From NCBI GenBank assembly GCA_977017645.1, contig OZ360247.1, positions 43,958,001 to 44,022,000 on the forward strand: DNA of 64,000 nt, read 5' to 3'. The notes under the pieces were generated by a model. The model saw only the letters and a list, made by a program, of their open reading frames with translations, was not told the DNA's origin and did not search any database. Position numbers and translations under genes: made by a program. This stretch comes from Torpedo marmorata. Its lineage: Eukaryota. This document shows, piece by piece, positions 1 through 12,366 of this stretch (positions are counted from its first letter, which is position 1; every line of letters starts with the position of its first letter).

Positions 1-105
1 AAGGATAACTTGCTTCGACTCTGATTCCTTTGGCATTGAGGTGACACAATAAGTCAACGTGGGAATTGTTAACGCTTCCACAGATGGGTCAGGAGTGCCC
101 AAAGG

Positions 106-3100
106 TTTAAAATACAATCTGTGGTTATAGATGTGGTAGGTAGATATGTTTTAATACATTGTCAGATATATTCAGAAATGTGGACACTTATGAATATATA
201 TGTACCAAACATGGAAGATGAACAATTTATTCAAGATTTATTAATGCATTTATCAGAAGCTAACGATAATATTTTAATTGGTGGGGATTTTAATTGTTGT
301 TTAGATCCGATAATGGATAAAACATCAAAATCAGTTGTTAAAATTAAATTGCTAAAAGAATTCTTATTTTGATGAAAGATTTAAATTTAATAGATATTTG
401 GAGAAAGTTGAATCCAAGAGAAAAAGATTACTCTTTTTATTCTTTTAGGCATGATTCATATTCTAGGATAGATTTATTTTTATTGCCCTCACAAGTACAA
501 GATAGGGTAACTCAAGCATATTATAAAGCAAGAATAATTTCTGATCATTCGCCGTTATTAATGTCTTGTATAATTTCAGAAAAAGAAAAAACTATATATA
601 GGTGTAGATTTAATTCTTCTTTATTAAAAAGAATGGATTTCTGTAATTATATAAGAAGAGAAATTCAAGAATTTTTACAGATTAATTCTAATTCGATTGA
701 TAATAAATTTATTATTTGGGAAGCTTTAAAGGCTTATTTAAGAGGTCAAATAATAAGCTATTCAGCAAAAGTTAAGAAGGAATATGTTTGTGAGGTGGAT
801 AATTTGGAGAGGGAGATTGAAGTCCTGGAGAAGGACTTGCAAAAAAAGAGATCAAAAGAAAAGAGGAAAAATTTAATTGGAAAAAAATTGTATTGTAATA
901 CGTTACAAACTTATAAAATGGAAAAATTAATTGAAAGAACGAAGCAAAGATATTATGAATTGGGAGAAAGAGCGCATTAAGTGTTGGCGTGGCAATTAAA
1001 GAAAGAACAAACCTCTAGAACTATAAATGCTATAAAAAAGAATTCCAAAAAAATAACATAAACCTCGAGAAATAAATGATTCTTTTAAGGAATTTTATTT
1101 GAATTTATATAAATCTCAAATTGATAAAGATGACTCTAAAATTAATGAATTCTTATCTAAAATTAAGTTACCTAGATTAAATACTCAAAGTAAAGAATTT
1201 TTGGATTTGCCTTTTTTGATGAGGGAAGGTTCTTAGCTCTTTAGCGAGTGGAAAATCTCCAGGAGAAGATGGTTTCCCATCAGAATTTTATAAGGAGTTT
1301 AAAGATTTATTGATACCTCCATATATGGATGTGTTGAGGCAAATAACAGAAACTCATTCGTTACCAGAAACATTTTCGAATGCAATAATTACAGTTGTAC
1401 CTAAAAAAGATAGAGATGTGTTGAAAACAGAATCATATAGACCAATTTCATTGTTAAATGTGGATTATAAGATAATGGCAAAAATTTTAGCAAATAGAGT
1501 GGCTAATTATTTACCAGATTTAATTCATGAAGATCAAGCTGGTTTTATTAAAAATAGATATTCAAAAGATAATATAGCTGGATTCATTAGTTTAATTAAT
1601 GTGGGGAAAAAAAAGATGATTTACCATTAGTATTAACTTTAGATGCTGAAAATGCTTTTGATAGATTAGAGTGGAATTATTTATTTAAGGTATTGGAGAA
1701 ATTTGGTTTTGGAACTACATTTATTAATTGGATCAAAATTATATATAAAGAACCATCTGCTCAAGTGGTGACAAATGGACAAATTTCTTCAAAATTTTCT
1801 TTGACTAGGTCAACTAGACAGGGATGTCCCTTGTTGCCAGCATTGTTTATTTTAGCAATAGAACCTTTGGCAGAATTAATTAGACAAGATATTAAGTTTG
1901 TAGGTATTAAAGTTGGAAGAGAAGAACATAAAATTAGTTTATTTGCAGATAATGTATTGATTTATATGACAAACCCTATTATTTCTTTATTACAATTGAA
2001 TGTTTTATTGAAAGAATATGGGGAAATATCTGGTTATAAGATTAATTCTGATAAAAGTGAAATTATGGCATTGACACAAGGGGATTATAGTAAATGTAAA
2101 GAAATTACACAATTTAAATGGTCAAAGGAAGGAATTAAATATCTGGGAATAAAGATTGATACAAAATTAGCTAATTTATATAAATTAAATTATCTACAAT
2201 TATTTACGAAAATTAAAAAAGATTTAGAAAGTTGGAAGGATTTACCTATAACTTTAATAGGAAGGATAAACTGTATTAAAATGAATGTCTTTCCAAGAGT
2301 TCAATATCTTTTCCTATCAATTCCTTACGAAATTCCTTTGAAATTCTTTAAGGATTTAAATTTAATTATTAGGAAGTTTTTGTGGAAAGGAAAGTTGGCT
2401 AGAGTAAGTGTGGAGAAATTAACTTGGAACTATGAAATAGGTGGTTTACAACTTCCTAATTTTCAAAATTACTATAAAGCAGCTCAATTAAAATTTGTTA
2501 ATGAAATGTTTGATTTAGGTAAGTCTTCTCCTTGGATTAGAATAGAATTAAATAATATAGGAGAAGATTTGAAAGAAGAAGTTATTTATAAATGGAATTC
2601 TAAATTAATATTAATAAGAGGGAAGAATTCTCCTATTTTTAAACATTTGTTAGAAATATGGAATAGAGTGGATAGTGAGATTGGAGGGAAAGGCTCAATT
2701 TCTCGAAAAATGCCTCTATATCAAAATAAACTTATTCCATTTACTGTTGATAATCAATTATTTAAAATTTGGTTCCAAAAGGGAATTAAGAAAATAAATG
2801 ATTATTTTGAAGCCAGTAAATTTATTACTTTTCAAAGAATGAAAGATAAGTTTAATGTATTGAATAATACACTTTTTGCTTATTATCAAATTAGAGCATT
2901 TTTAGTTGGGAAGTTGGGTTATAGTTTGATTCTACCAAGACAGAGTGAACTAGAATTATTAGTTACTAATGGAGGTGTAAATAAATTTATTTCTCAAATG
3001 TATGGATTGTTTCAGAGAAAAATCCCTAAAGTAGGAATTCATAAATCAAGATTAAAATGGGAATCAGATTTGAATGTAACAATAGATGAAGAACATTGGA

Positions 3101-3983
3101 AAGAATTATGTAAATTAAGTATGACGAAGATTATTAACATTAGATATAGATTAGTTCAATATAATTTTTTTCATCAATTATATTTAACGCCTAAAAAATT
3201 AAATAAATTTAATTCGACATTATCAGGTTTATGTTTTAGATGTAATAGAGAGGAAGGTTCTTTTGTACATTCTACATGGTTTTGTCCAAAGATATATGAT
3301 TTTTGGTTGAAAGTTAAAAACTTTTTAGATAAAGTATTGAATATTACACTTCCATTGGACCCTATGATATTTTAGTTTGGAGATATTAAAAGAATTAGTA
3401 TTAAGATGAAATTAAATATGTATCACATAGAATTTTTGTGAATTGCTTTAGCTGTTTCTAAGAAATGCATTGCTATTACATGGAAATCTGATGTAGATTT
3501 AGGGTTAGAGAGATGGCATGCAGAATTTCGTTCATGTATACCACTTGAAAAAATTACTTATAATTTACGTAATAAATACCATTTCTTTTTGAAAATATGG
3601 AGCCCATATATAAAAGCTGTTGGTTTAAGGATTTGAATCTCTAGACATCGGATCTGACTGGCGAACCTATCCTCCACAATAAAATCAGTTTATAGATGTA
3701 CTTTTTAGATTGACATTATCTTTTTCTTTCTTTTTTTTATTATTTTAGTAGATTAGTATGGGCTCCCTGTGTTTTCGGCGTGGTTGTCGGCTGGGCCGTA
3801 CAGTGTACTGTGCGACTCAGCTGCACCTCATCGGTGAGTCGGTGTGAGTCAGGGGGGTGGGAGGGTTAGGGAGGGGAGGGAGGGAGGGGGATTGAAAATG
3901 TATCACATGTATTTTGATAATTTTATATTTTAATTTATGTACTTCGTGATTTAAAATTTTAAATAAAATATTTTTTTTTAAAA
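106..3983 (+). mobile_element. 5'-truncated L1-clade LINE (broken ORF2: end of APE endonuclease, RT, C-terminal Cys motif; 3'UTR with G-rich tract and A tail)
   Basis: ORF fragments contain IGGDFN, YSRIDLF, SDHSP, YRPISLLNVDYKI, TRQGCPL, LFADN and CFRC..HSTWFC, with several stops and frameshifts. A 15-bp TSD AGGAGTGCCCAAAGG lies at 91-105 and 3984-3998. Confidence 0.93.
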
Positions 3984-4399
3984 AGGAGTGCCCAAAGGGC
4001 CAGGCACGTGGGTAGTTTATGAGAAAGACTACTCTTTCCATTACTTTTATTTGGCTTCTGTGCTCCTGACACATGGACTCAAGGTTCTTAAGACCAAATG
4101 CTCCATCTTTGAGCAGTCAAGGACACTCTGAGCTATGCTGACTGAAGTGGCCACTCAGTTCAGAGGGCATGACAGATACATAACACGTTAAACGATGATC
4201 AGTTAACAACTAAAGATGCCATTATCTTATTTATGACCTGCATATCACTTGAAGCATATTTCTGGAGGATAAGGATTTGTGCTTTTCCCTAATTCAGCAC
4301 AACAAGTCCATTGAACATAGTTGATAAAGTTTTTTAATGACAGAGAATGAAGAAAGAGCAAGCAAATGTTTTCAGGATGGACAAGATGCTTCATAGCCA

Positions 4400-4625
4400 A
4401 TGAAATACTACTGAATTGCATGTTAGAAGCATAGAAAACTATGCACAATGATGTTCAACAAACAGATCGTGAATGACAATATAATTTGCATTGATGATGG
4501 TGGCTGAAAAATTATTGCTGTCAAGAATACTGATGATTTCCAAAAAAATGCTGTGTGAACTTAGGATCGATTGAACAGGCAGCTAAGGCAATAGGTTAAA
4601 ATTTCATCGTGAAGGGGGCACTGAA
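4400..4625 (-). mobile_element. Very degraded DeuSINE-like fragment
   Basis: Loose similarity by eye to the reverse complement of the Deu core seen at 17560-17850. Confidence 0.3.
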
Positions 4626-4659
4626 AGAATAACCTAAATACATTTGGCAATAAAAAATT

Positions 4660-4822
4660 GGGGCAGCACAGTGAGCGCAACGCTGTTACAGCACCAGTAA
4701 CCCGGGTTCGAATGTGGCACTAGTCTGTAAGGAGTTTGTACGTTCTCCCTGTGTCTGCGTGGGTTTCCTCCGTGTGCTCTGGTTTCCTCTCACCCTCCAA
4801 AAAAACGTACGGGGATTGTTAA
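4660..4822 (+). mobile_element. tRNA-derived V-SINE (HE1-like elasmobranch SINE), tail missing
   Basis: GGGCAGCACAG head, B-box GGTTCGAAT and V-core GGAGTTTGTACGTTCTCCCTGTGTCTGCGTGGGTTTCCTCC; related copies at 13.8, 30.6 and 60.5 kb. Confidence 0.85.
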
Positions 4823-4899
4823 AACATTTAGAAAGAATTTTAATACAAAAGGCACAAAATATGCACACGTAGGGACTCTGAATAGTTTGTTATGTTACG

Positions 4900-7093
4900 T
4901 ACATGAACTGGGAGCAGGAGTAAGCCACCCATCCCCTCAAGCATGCTCGGCCATTCCATAAAGCTATGGTTGTAACATCAATTCTGTGTTCCTGCCTACC
5001 CACAGAAAACTTTTACTATCTTGCTTATCAACTATCTATCTCTGCCTTAAAATATTCAAAGATTCCATTCCACTGCCCTTTGAGAAAAAGTTCCAAGAAC
5101 TCATGAACATTAGAGAGGATAAATTCGTCTCATTTCTGTTTAAATGGGTGACCCTTTATTTTCAAATGGTGATTTCTAGTTGTATATTTCCCACAGCAGG
5201 AAACATCGTCTTTACATTATACCCTGTCAAGTCCTCTCAATCACTCTTCTAAACTCCAACAGACATATGCCTTGCCTGTTCAATCTTTCTTCATAACTTG
5301 GCCATTCCAGGCATTAGTCTAGAAACCCTTCTCTGAACTGCTTCCAACACATTAGATCCGTCCTTAAATAAGGAGATGAATGTTCTACACAATGCACCAG
5401 ATGTGATCTCACTTAACTGAAGCAGAACATCTGTAATGTTATATTCAATATTCTTACCAATAAATAACTAATAAAATTTTTATCTTCCCTAATTACAAAC
5501 TTGGGCGGCACGGTTAGCAAAGCGTTAGCGCAACGCTGTTACAGTGCCAGCTTGTCCTAGACTCTCCCATCATGGGAAACAACCTTTCAAAATTTACTCT
5601 GTCCATGCCTTTCAACATTCAAAATGTTTCAATGAGATCCTCCTCATTCTCCTAAATTCAAGAGCTGTCAAACGCTCCTCATATAATAAGCCTTTCATTC
5701 CCGGAATCATCCTCGTGAACCTCCTCTGAACCCTCTCCAACGTCAGCACATCCTTTCTTAAATGAGGAGCCCAAAACTGCTCACAATACTCCAAGTGAGG
5801 TCTCATCAGTGCCTTATAAAGCCTCAACATCACATCCCTGCTCGTATATTCTATTCCTCTTGAAATGAATGCCAGCATCGTATCTGCCTTCTTAACCACC
5901 GACCCAATCTGCAAGTTTACCTTCAGGCTATCCTGCACGAGGACTCCCAGGCCCCTTAACATTTGGGTATTTTCAATTTTCTCCCCATTTAGAAAACAGT
6001 CTGCCCATTTATTTTTTCTACCAAAGTGCATGACTGTACAATTTCCAATATCGTACTTCATTTGTCACTTCTCTGCCCATTCTCCTAATCTGTCTAAGAC
6101 CTCAACACAACCTGCTCTTCCACCTACCTTTGTATCATCTGCAAACTTGGCAACAAAACCATTTATTGCATAATCTATTCTAAATCATTAATATACAACA
6201 TAAAAAGAAGCAGCCCCAACACCGACCCCTGTGGAACACACTAGAAACTGGCAGTGAACCAGAATATGATCCCTGTATTCGGACTCTCTGCTTCCTGCCA
6301 ACCAGCCAATGCTCTACCCACACTAGTATGTTTCCAGTTATACCATTGGCTCTTATCTTGTTAAGTAGCCTCACGTGCATCACCTGGTCAAAGGACTTCT
6401 GAAAATCTAAATACACAACATCCACTACATCTCCTTTATTAGCCTGCTTGTCACTTCTTCAAAGAATTCCAATAGGTTTGTCAAGCAAGATTTTCCCTTA
6501 AGGAAACCATGCTGGGTTTGCCCTATTTTGCCATGAGCCTCCACGTACTCTGTAACCTCATCCTTGACAATCACCTGCAACATCTTCTCAACCACTGACG
6601 TCAGGCTAACCTGTAATTTCCTTTCTGCTGTCTCCCTCCCTATTTGAATAGTAGGGTGACATTTGCAATTTTCCAGTCCTCCGGGACCACACCAGAACCT
6701 ATTGATTCCTGAAAGATCATTACAAATGCCTCCATAATCTCAACCGCTACTTCTTTCAGAACCCGAGTGTTCAATCCATCTGGCCTGGGAGACTTAGACC
6801 ATTCAGCTTTCTGAGCACCTTTTCCCTTGAAACAGTAACTGCACTCACTTCCCTTCCTTCCCTGATACCCTTTGACATCTGGCACACTACTAATGTCTTC
6901 TACAGTGAAGAATGATGCAAACTACTCATATAGTTCCTCTGCCATCTTCTTGTCTCCCATTATTATTTCTCCAGCTTCATTTTCTAGTGGTCCTATATCT
7001 ACTCTCATCTTTGTTTTACTCTTTATATACTTTAAGAAGCTTTTTGTATCCTCTTTGATATTATTTGCTGGCCTACTATCATACTTCATCTTT
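4900..7093 (-). mobile_element. CR1-clade LINE fragments (RT region), with a SINE head at about 5502-5551
   Basis: Minus-strand ORFs with [37 protein letters not shown] and LERVQRRFTRMIPG. Confidence 0.88.
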
Positions 7094-7182
7094 CAGATCA
7101 AGACCCTGACAAAAAGCAGATAGAGAGGTATGTGGGTGACAGACAGATAGAACCAAGTGGGCGAGAGTTATGGCTCTCAGAA

Positions 7183-7599
7183 CAGTGGTTCTCAACCTTT
7201 TTTTCCACTCACATACCAACTTAACATAAGAACATAAATAGGAGCTGGAGCAGGCCATCCGGCCCGCTGAGCCTGCTCCGCCATTCAATAGGATTATGGT
7301 TGATCTGATGATAGGCTCATCTCCACCGACCTGCCTTTTCCTCAAATCCCTTAATTCCCTTACTATGTAGAAATCTATCCAACCTTGTCTTAAATATATT
7401 TACTGAGGTCGCCTCCACTGCTTCAATGGGCAGCAAATTCCACAGATTCACCACCCTCTGGGAAAAGCAGTTCCTCCTCATCTCCGTCCTAAATTTACTA
7501 CCCTGAATCTTCAGGCCATGTGCCCATAGGATGGCACAGGTGCTCTCTAAGTTAGTAAGGTGGTATGTGAGTGGAAAAAAAAAAGGTTGAGAACCACTG
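7183..7599. mobile_element. hAT (Charlie-type) MITE interrupted by a CR1 3' fragment (about 7224-7525, minus)
   Basis: TIRs CAGTGGTTCTCAACCTTTT / AAAAGGTTGAGAACCACTG; imperfect 8-bp flanks TCTCAGAA/TCCTAGAA. Confidence 0.8.
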
Positions 7600-7935
7600 T
7601 CCTAGAAGGATGAAAAAGGTGAACAAAAGGAAAGATAAACTGGGTGGACATAGCAACTAGAAAGGGTGTGGGTAACCAGGAATGGGAAAATACAATGTTC
7701 ATACCAGCGGAGTGGAGGCTACCCAAAAAATACTCTGTGCTTTCCGCCTTAGTAATTAAACCTAGATCAGTTCAATCCTGAACGTTATGTAAGTGACAAA
7801 TTGTACACTCAAACTTGGCCACACCAGTAACAGAAGATTCTGCATACAGCCACCATATCAAAAAAACAAACATCAGACTCAATTATCAACACTTCATCAG
7901 AATCACTCATGACCATCCTCAAATGGTCAAAGATG

Positions 7936-9049
7936 ACTGTTTTGAAGCTGGGAAATTTATTACTTTTCAAAGAATGAAAGATAAATTTAATATATTGGAT
8001 AATACACTTTTTGCTTATTATCAAATTAGAGCATTTTTGGTTGGGAAATTAGGTTATAGTTTGATCTTACCAAGACAGAATGAATTAGAATTATTAGTTA
8101 CTAAAGGAGATGTAAATAAATTTATTTCTCAAATGTATAGATTGTTTCAGAGAAAAACTCCTAAAGTAGGAATTCATAAATCAAGATTAAAGTGGGAATC
8201 AGATTTGAATGTAACAATAGATGAAAATCATTGGAAAGAATTATGTAAATTAAGTATGACAAAGATTATTAATGTTAGATATAGATTAGTACAATACAAT
8301 TTTTTTCATCAATTATATTTAACACCTAAAAAATTAAAGAAATTTAATCCGACATTATCAGGTTTATGTTTTAGATGTAATAAAGAGGAAGGTTCTTTTG
8401 TACATTCTACATGGTTTTGTCCAAAAGTTTATGATTTTTGGTTGAAAGTTAAAAAATTTTTAGATAAAGGATTAAAGATCACATTCTCAATGGATCCTAT
8501 GATATTTTTGTTTGGAGATATTAAAAAAGTTAGTATTAAGATGAAATTAAATATGTATCAAATAGAATTTTTGCGAATTGCTTTGGCTGTTTCTAAGAAA
8601 TGCATTGCTATTACTTGGAAATCTGATATAGATTTAGGGTGAGAAAGATGGCATACAGAACTTCGTTCATGTATACCACTTGAAAAAATCACCTATAATT
8701 TATGTAATAAATATCATTTTAAAAAAAAAATTTGGAGCCCATATATGAAAGTTGTTGGTTTAAGGATCTGAAGATCTCTGGATATCGGATCTACTGGCGA
8801 ACCTAACCTCCATAATAAAATTAGTTTATAGATATATATTTTTTAGATTGACATTCTCCTTACTCTATCTTTTTCTTTCTTTTTATTTTATTTTTATTTT
8901 TTATTTTATTAGATTAGTAGGGATGGGAGGGTTAGGGAGGGGAGGGTGGGAGGGGGGGGGTGAAAATGTACCACAAGTATTCTGATAATTTTATATTTTA
9001 CCTTATGTATTTTGTGATTTAAAATTTTAAATAAAATATTTTAAAAAAT
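7936..9049 (+). mobile_element. L1 3' fragment, same subfamily as 106-3983
   Basis: ORF nearly identical to the C-terminus of the 1693-3375 ORF; G-rich 3'UTR and A tail; 14-bp TSD AATG(G/T)TCAAAGATG at 7922-7935 and 9050-9063. Confidence 0.92.
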
Positions 9050-9099
9050 AATGTTCAAAGATGCCCACCGTGTACATGAGGAAACTCCACACCGAATAC

Positions 9100-9640
9100 C
9101 AATGACGTTTGAAAGCTCCCACAGTGTTTGACAGTTCAGCAATAACGCCTGCACTTAGAAACTACAACGTCCAGGATGCAACAGGAAAGGCCCAGGGCTG
9201 GAGGAATGGCCAGTACACCTATCACTCAAGCTGTACCCCGCCCACCTCCACCAATCACCGATCGAGGAAACGCCTTCTCTCTTTGCGGCAACGGGACGTC
9301 AATCAAGGTCGTCATCGCTGCTGGTCAGATCACGTGGTACGTGACGTTAGGGGCGGGTTCAGGAGGCGAGAGGCCGAGAGCGAGCAGTGAAGAGCAAAAA
9401 AAAAAATTGATCCGCGAGGAAAACAAGTGTCGGCAAAATGGCTGACAAATTCGCTCTGGTTCAACGAGGAGCGGGAATTCCAGGTAAAAGAGAACAAGAG
9501 CGGCGGCCGCGGGAGGGCTGGCGCGGCGCGGCGGCCGTGACGGGAGGTGTCGGGCGGCTCTGGTGCCAGGGCTCGCTGCTGCTCGGCGCTGCCGCCTCCC
9601 CGCCCCCACTGCCTTCCTCTGCAGGGCAGAGGCCTGGGCA
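9100..9640 (+). promoter_or_regulatory. GPATCH8: CpG-island, TATA-less promoter and first exon region of GPATCH8
   Basis: CpG-dense. ZNF143/SBS-like ACTACAACGTCCAGGATGCA at 9161-9180, CCAAT 9251, CRE-like GACGTCA about 9295 and GTGACGT 9341, E-box CACGTG 9331, GC box GGGGCGGG 9350, and YY1-like AAAATGGC over the ATG. Confidence 0.8.
9438..9483 (+). CDS. GPATCH8: GPATCH8 coding exon 1 (MADKFA-R-FNEEREFQ; one extra base at 9456-9459 as assembled)
   Basis: ATG GCT GAC AAA TTC GCT [CTGG] TTC AAC GAG GAG CGG GAA TTC CAG|GTAAAA matches the recalled vertebrate N-terminus MADRFSRFNEDRDFQ. The exon is 46 nt where 45 is needed. Confidence 0.88.
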
Positions 9641-12366
9641 GCCTCGTGATGTCCCGGCCTCCCCCCCTCATCCCGACCCCCCCTCAGCCCGTGATGTCCC
9701 GGCCTCCCCCCTCATCCCGACCCCCCCTCAGCCGTGATGTCCCAGCCTCCCTTCCCTCATCCCGACACCCCCCCCCTCATCCCCGAACACCCCCCCCNNN
9801 NNNNNNNNNNNNNNNNNNNNNNNNNNNNNNNNNNNNNNNNNNNNNNNNNNNNNNNNNNNNNNNNNNNNNNNNNNNNNNNNNNNNNNNNNNNNNNNNNCGA
9901 CCCCCCCTCATCCCGACCCCCCCTCATCCCGACCCCCCTCATCCCGACCCCCCCGTCATCCCGACCCCCCTCATCCCGACCCCAGTCATCCCGACCCCCG
10001 TCATCCCGACCCCCGTCATCCCGCCCCCCGTCATCCCGCCCCCCCGTCATCCCGCCCCCCCCTCATCCCGACCCCCCCTCATCCCGACCCCCCCTCATCC
10101 CGATCCCCCCTCATCCCCGACCCCCCCCTCATCCCGACCCCCCCTCATCCCGACCCCCCCCTCATCCCGACCCCCCCCCTCATCCCGACCCCCCCTCATC
10201 CCGACCCTCCCCTCATCCCGACCCCCCCTCATCCCGACCCCCCCCTCATCCCGACCCCCCCTCATCCCGACCCCCCCTCATCCCGATCCCCCCTCAGCCC
10301 GTGATGTCCCGGCCTCCCCCCCTCATCCCGACCCCACCCTCATCCCGACCCCCCCTCATCCCGACCCCCCCCTCATCCCGACCCCCCCTCATCCCGACCC
10401 CCCCCTCATCCCGACCCCCCGCTCATCCCGACCCCCCCTCATCCCGACCCCCCCCTCAGCCCGTGATGTCCCGGCCTCCCCCCCTCATCCCGACCACCCC
10501 CCTCATCCCGACCCCCCGTCATCCCGACCCCCCGTCATCCCGACCCCCCGTCATCCCGACCCCCCCTCATCCCGACCCCCCCTCATCCCGACCCCCCTCA
10601 TCCCGACCCCCCTCATCCCGACCCCCCCTCATCCCGACCCCCCCTCATCCCGACCCCCCCTCATCCCGACCCCCCCCTCATCCCGACCCCCCCTCATCCC
10701 GACCCCCCCTCATCCCCGACCCCCCTCATCCCGGTCTAACCCCCGCACCCGGGTCCCTCCCTGCCCCTCACACCCGGGTCCCTCCTCCCCTCCCCCACCC
10801 CCGGGTCCCACCCACTCCCCCCCTCACCCGGGTCCCTCCCCCCACCGCTCCTGGGTCCCTCCCCCCCACCGCACCCGGGTCCCTCCTCCCTCCCCCCCAC
10901 CCCGCACCCGGGTCCCTCCTCCCTCCCCCCCACCCGGGTCCCTCCCCCCGCACCCGGGTCCCACCCATTACCCCCGCACCCGGGTCCCACCCACTCCCCC
11001 CCGCACCCGGGTCCCTCCTCCCTCCTCCCCCCCCCGCACTCGGGTCCCTCCCCCTCCCGCACCCGGGGCCCTCCCCACCGCACCAGGGTCCCCCCCCCCG
11101 CACCCAGGTCCCTCTACCCCCCCCCGCACCCGGGTCCCTCTACCCCCCCCCCCCCGCACCCGGGTCCCTCCGCACCCGGGTCTCCCCCCCCCTCCGCACC
11201 CGGGTCCCTACCCCACCCTCCGCACCCGGGTCCCTCCCCCTCCCCCCCGCACCCGGGTCCCTCCCCCCCCGCACCCGGGTCCCTCTACCGAACCCCCGCA
11301 CCCGGGTCTCCCCCCCCCCCGCACCCGGGTCCCTCCCCCCCCCCGCAACCGGGTCCCTCCCCCCCCCCCGCACCCGGGTCCCTTCCCTCCCCCGCACCTG
11401 GGTCCCTCCTCCCTCTCCCCCCCCCCACCCGGGTCCCTCCCCCCCCGCACCCGGGTCCCTCCCCCCCCCCTGCACGCGGGTCCCTCCCACCCCCCCGTAC
11501 CCGCGTCCCTCCCCCCCGGGTCCCTCCTCTCCTCCCCCCCCCACGCAATCGGGTCCTACCCAACCCCCCCCCCCCACACCCGGGTCCTACTCCCCCACCC
11601 CCTCCACTACACCGGGTCCTACCCCCCCAACCCCCGCACCAGGGTCCTACCCCCCCACCCCCAGGTCCAACCCCCCCACCCCCCGCCCCCGGGTCCCTCC
11701 TCCTCCTCTCCCCCCCCCCCGCCCCCGGGTCCTACCCCCCCACCCTCCCGCACCCGGGACCCTCCTACCTCCCCCTTCCCCTTGCACCCGGGTCCCTCCT
11801 ACCCCCCCTCTGCACCCGGCTCCTACCCCCCCCCGCACCTGGCTCCTACACCCCCCCCCTTGCACCCGGGTATCCCCCCCTACACCCGGGTTCTACACCC
11901 GCACCCGGGTCCTCCTCCCTCCCCCTCCCCCACTTCCCCTGCACCCAGATCCTCCTTCCCGCCCAGCACCTGGGACCCTTCTCCCCCCACCCTGGTACTC
12001 CTCCCACCCCCCCCCCTGCACCCAGGTCCCTTCCCCCTCCCCCAGCATCCGGGTCCCTCTCCTCCCGCGCCCCGGTCCTGCCCCCTCACCTCGATGCTCA
12101 CCCCAGACCTGCCCCGGGCCCACAGGCCCCGGTCCCCCTCCCCCGCGCCCCCTCCCCTGGTCCCCCTCCCCCGCACCCCGGTCCCGTGGTCCGGCCCCAG
12201 CTCCCCGGTCCCTCCCCCGCGCCCCGGTCTCTCCCCCACGCCCCGGACCCTCCCGCTCCCAGGTCCCTTCCCCGGTCCCTCCCCCGCGCCCGATCCCTCC
12301 CCCGCTCCAGGTCCCGCCCCTGGTATTGCCCCACACCCTGGTCCCGCCTCCCCTCCCCTCCCCCCA
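9640..12366. repeat. C-rich minisatellite array at the start of intron 1
   Basis: Unit about CCTCATCCCGACCCC(C)n over 9660-10730 with interspersed CAGCCCGTGATGTCCCGGCCTCC; then CCGCACCCGGGTCCCTCCCC over 10740-12100, degenerating to 12366. Confidence 0.95.
9798..9897. other. Assembly gap (100 N)
   Basis: Run of exactly 100 N inside the minisatellite. Confidence 0.99.

Noticed and set aside
3757-3852. About 90-bp CpG-rich segment in the first L1 3'UTR, absent from the other two copies, with GT..AG-like ends
   Set aside because: The junction in the 7936-9049 copy does not match precise GT-AG removal; a simple deletion or subfamily difference is more likely.
9438-9737. 99-aa ORF from the GPATCH8 ATG
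   Set aside because: It results from the 1-nt frameshift plus read-through of the CAG|GTAAAA donor.
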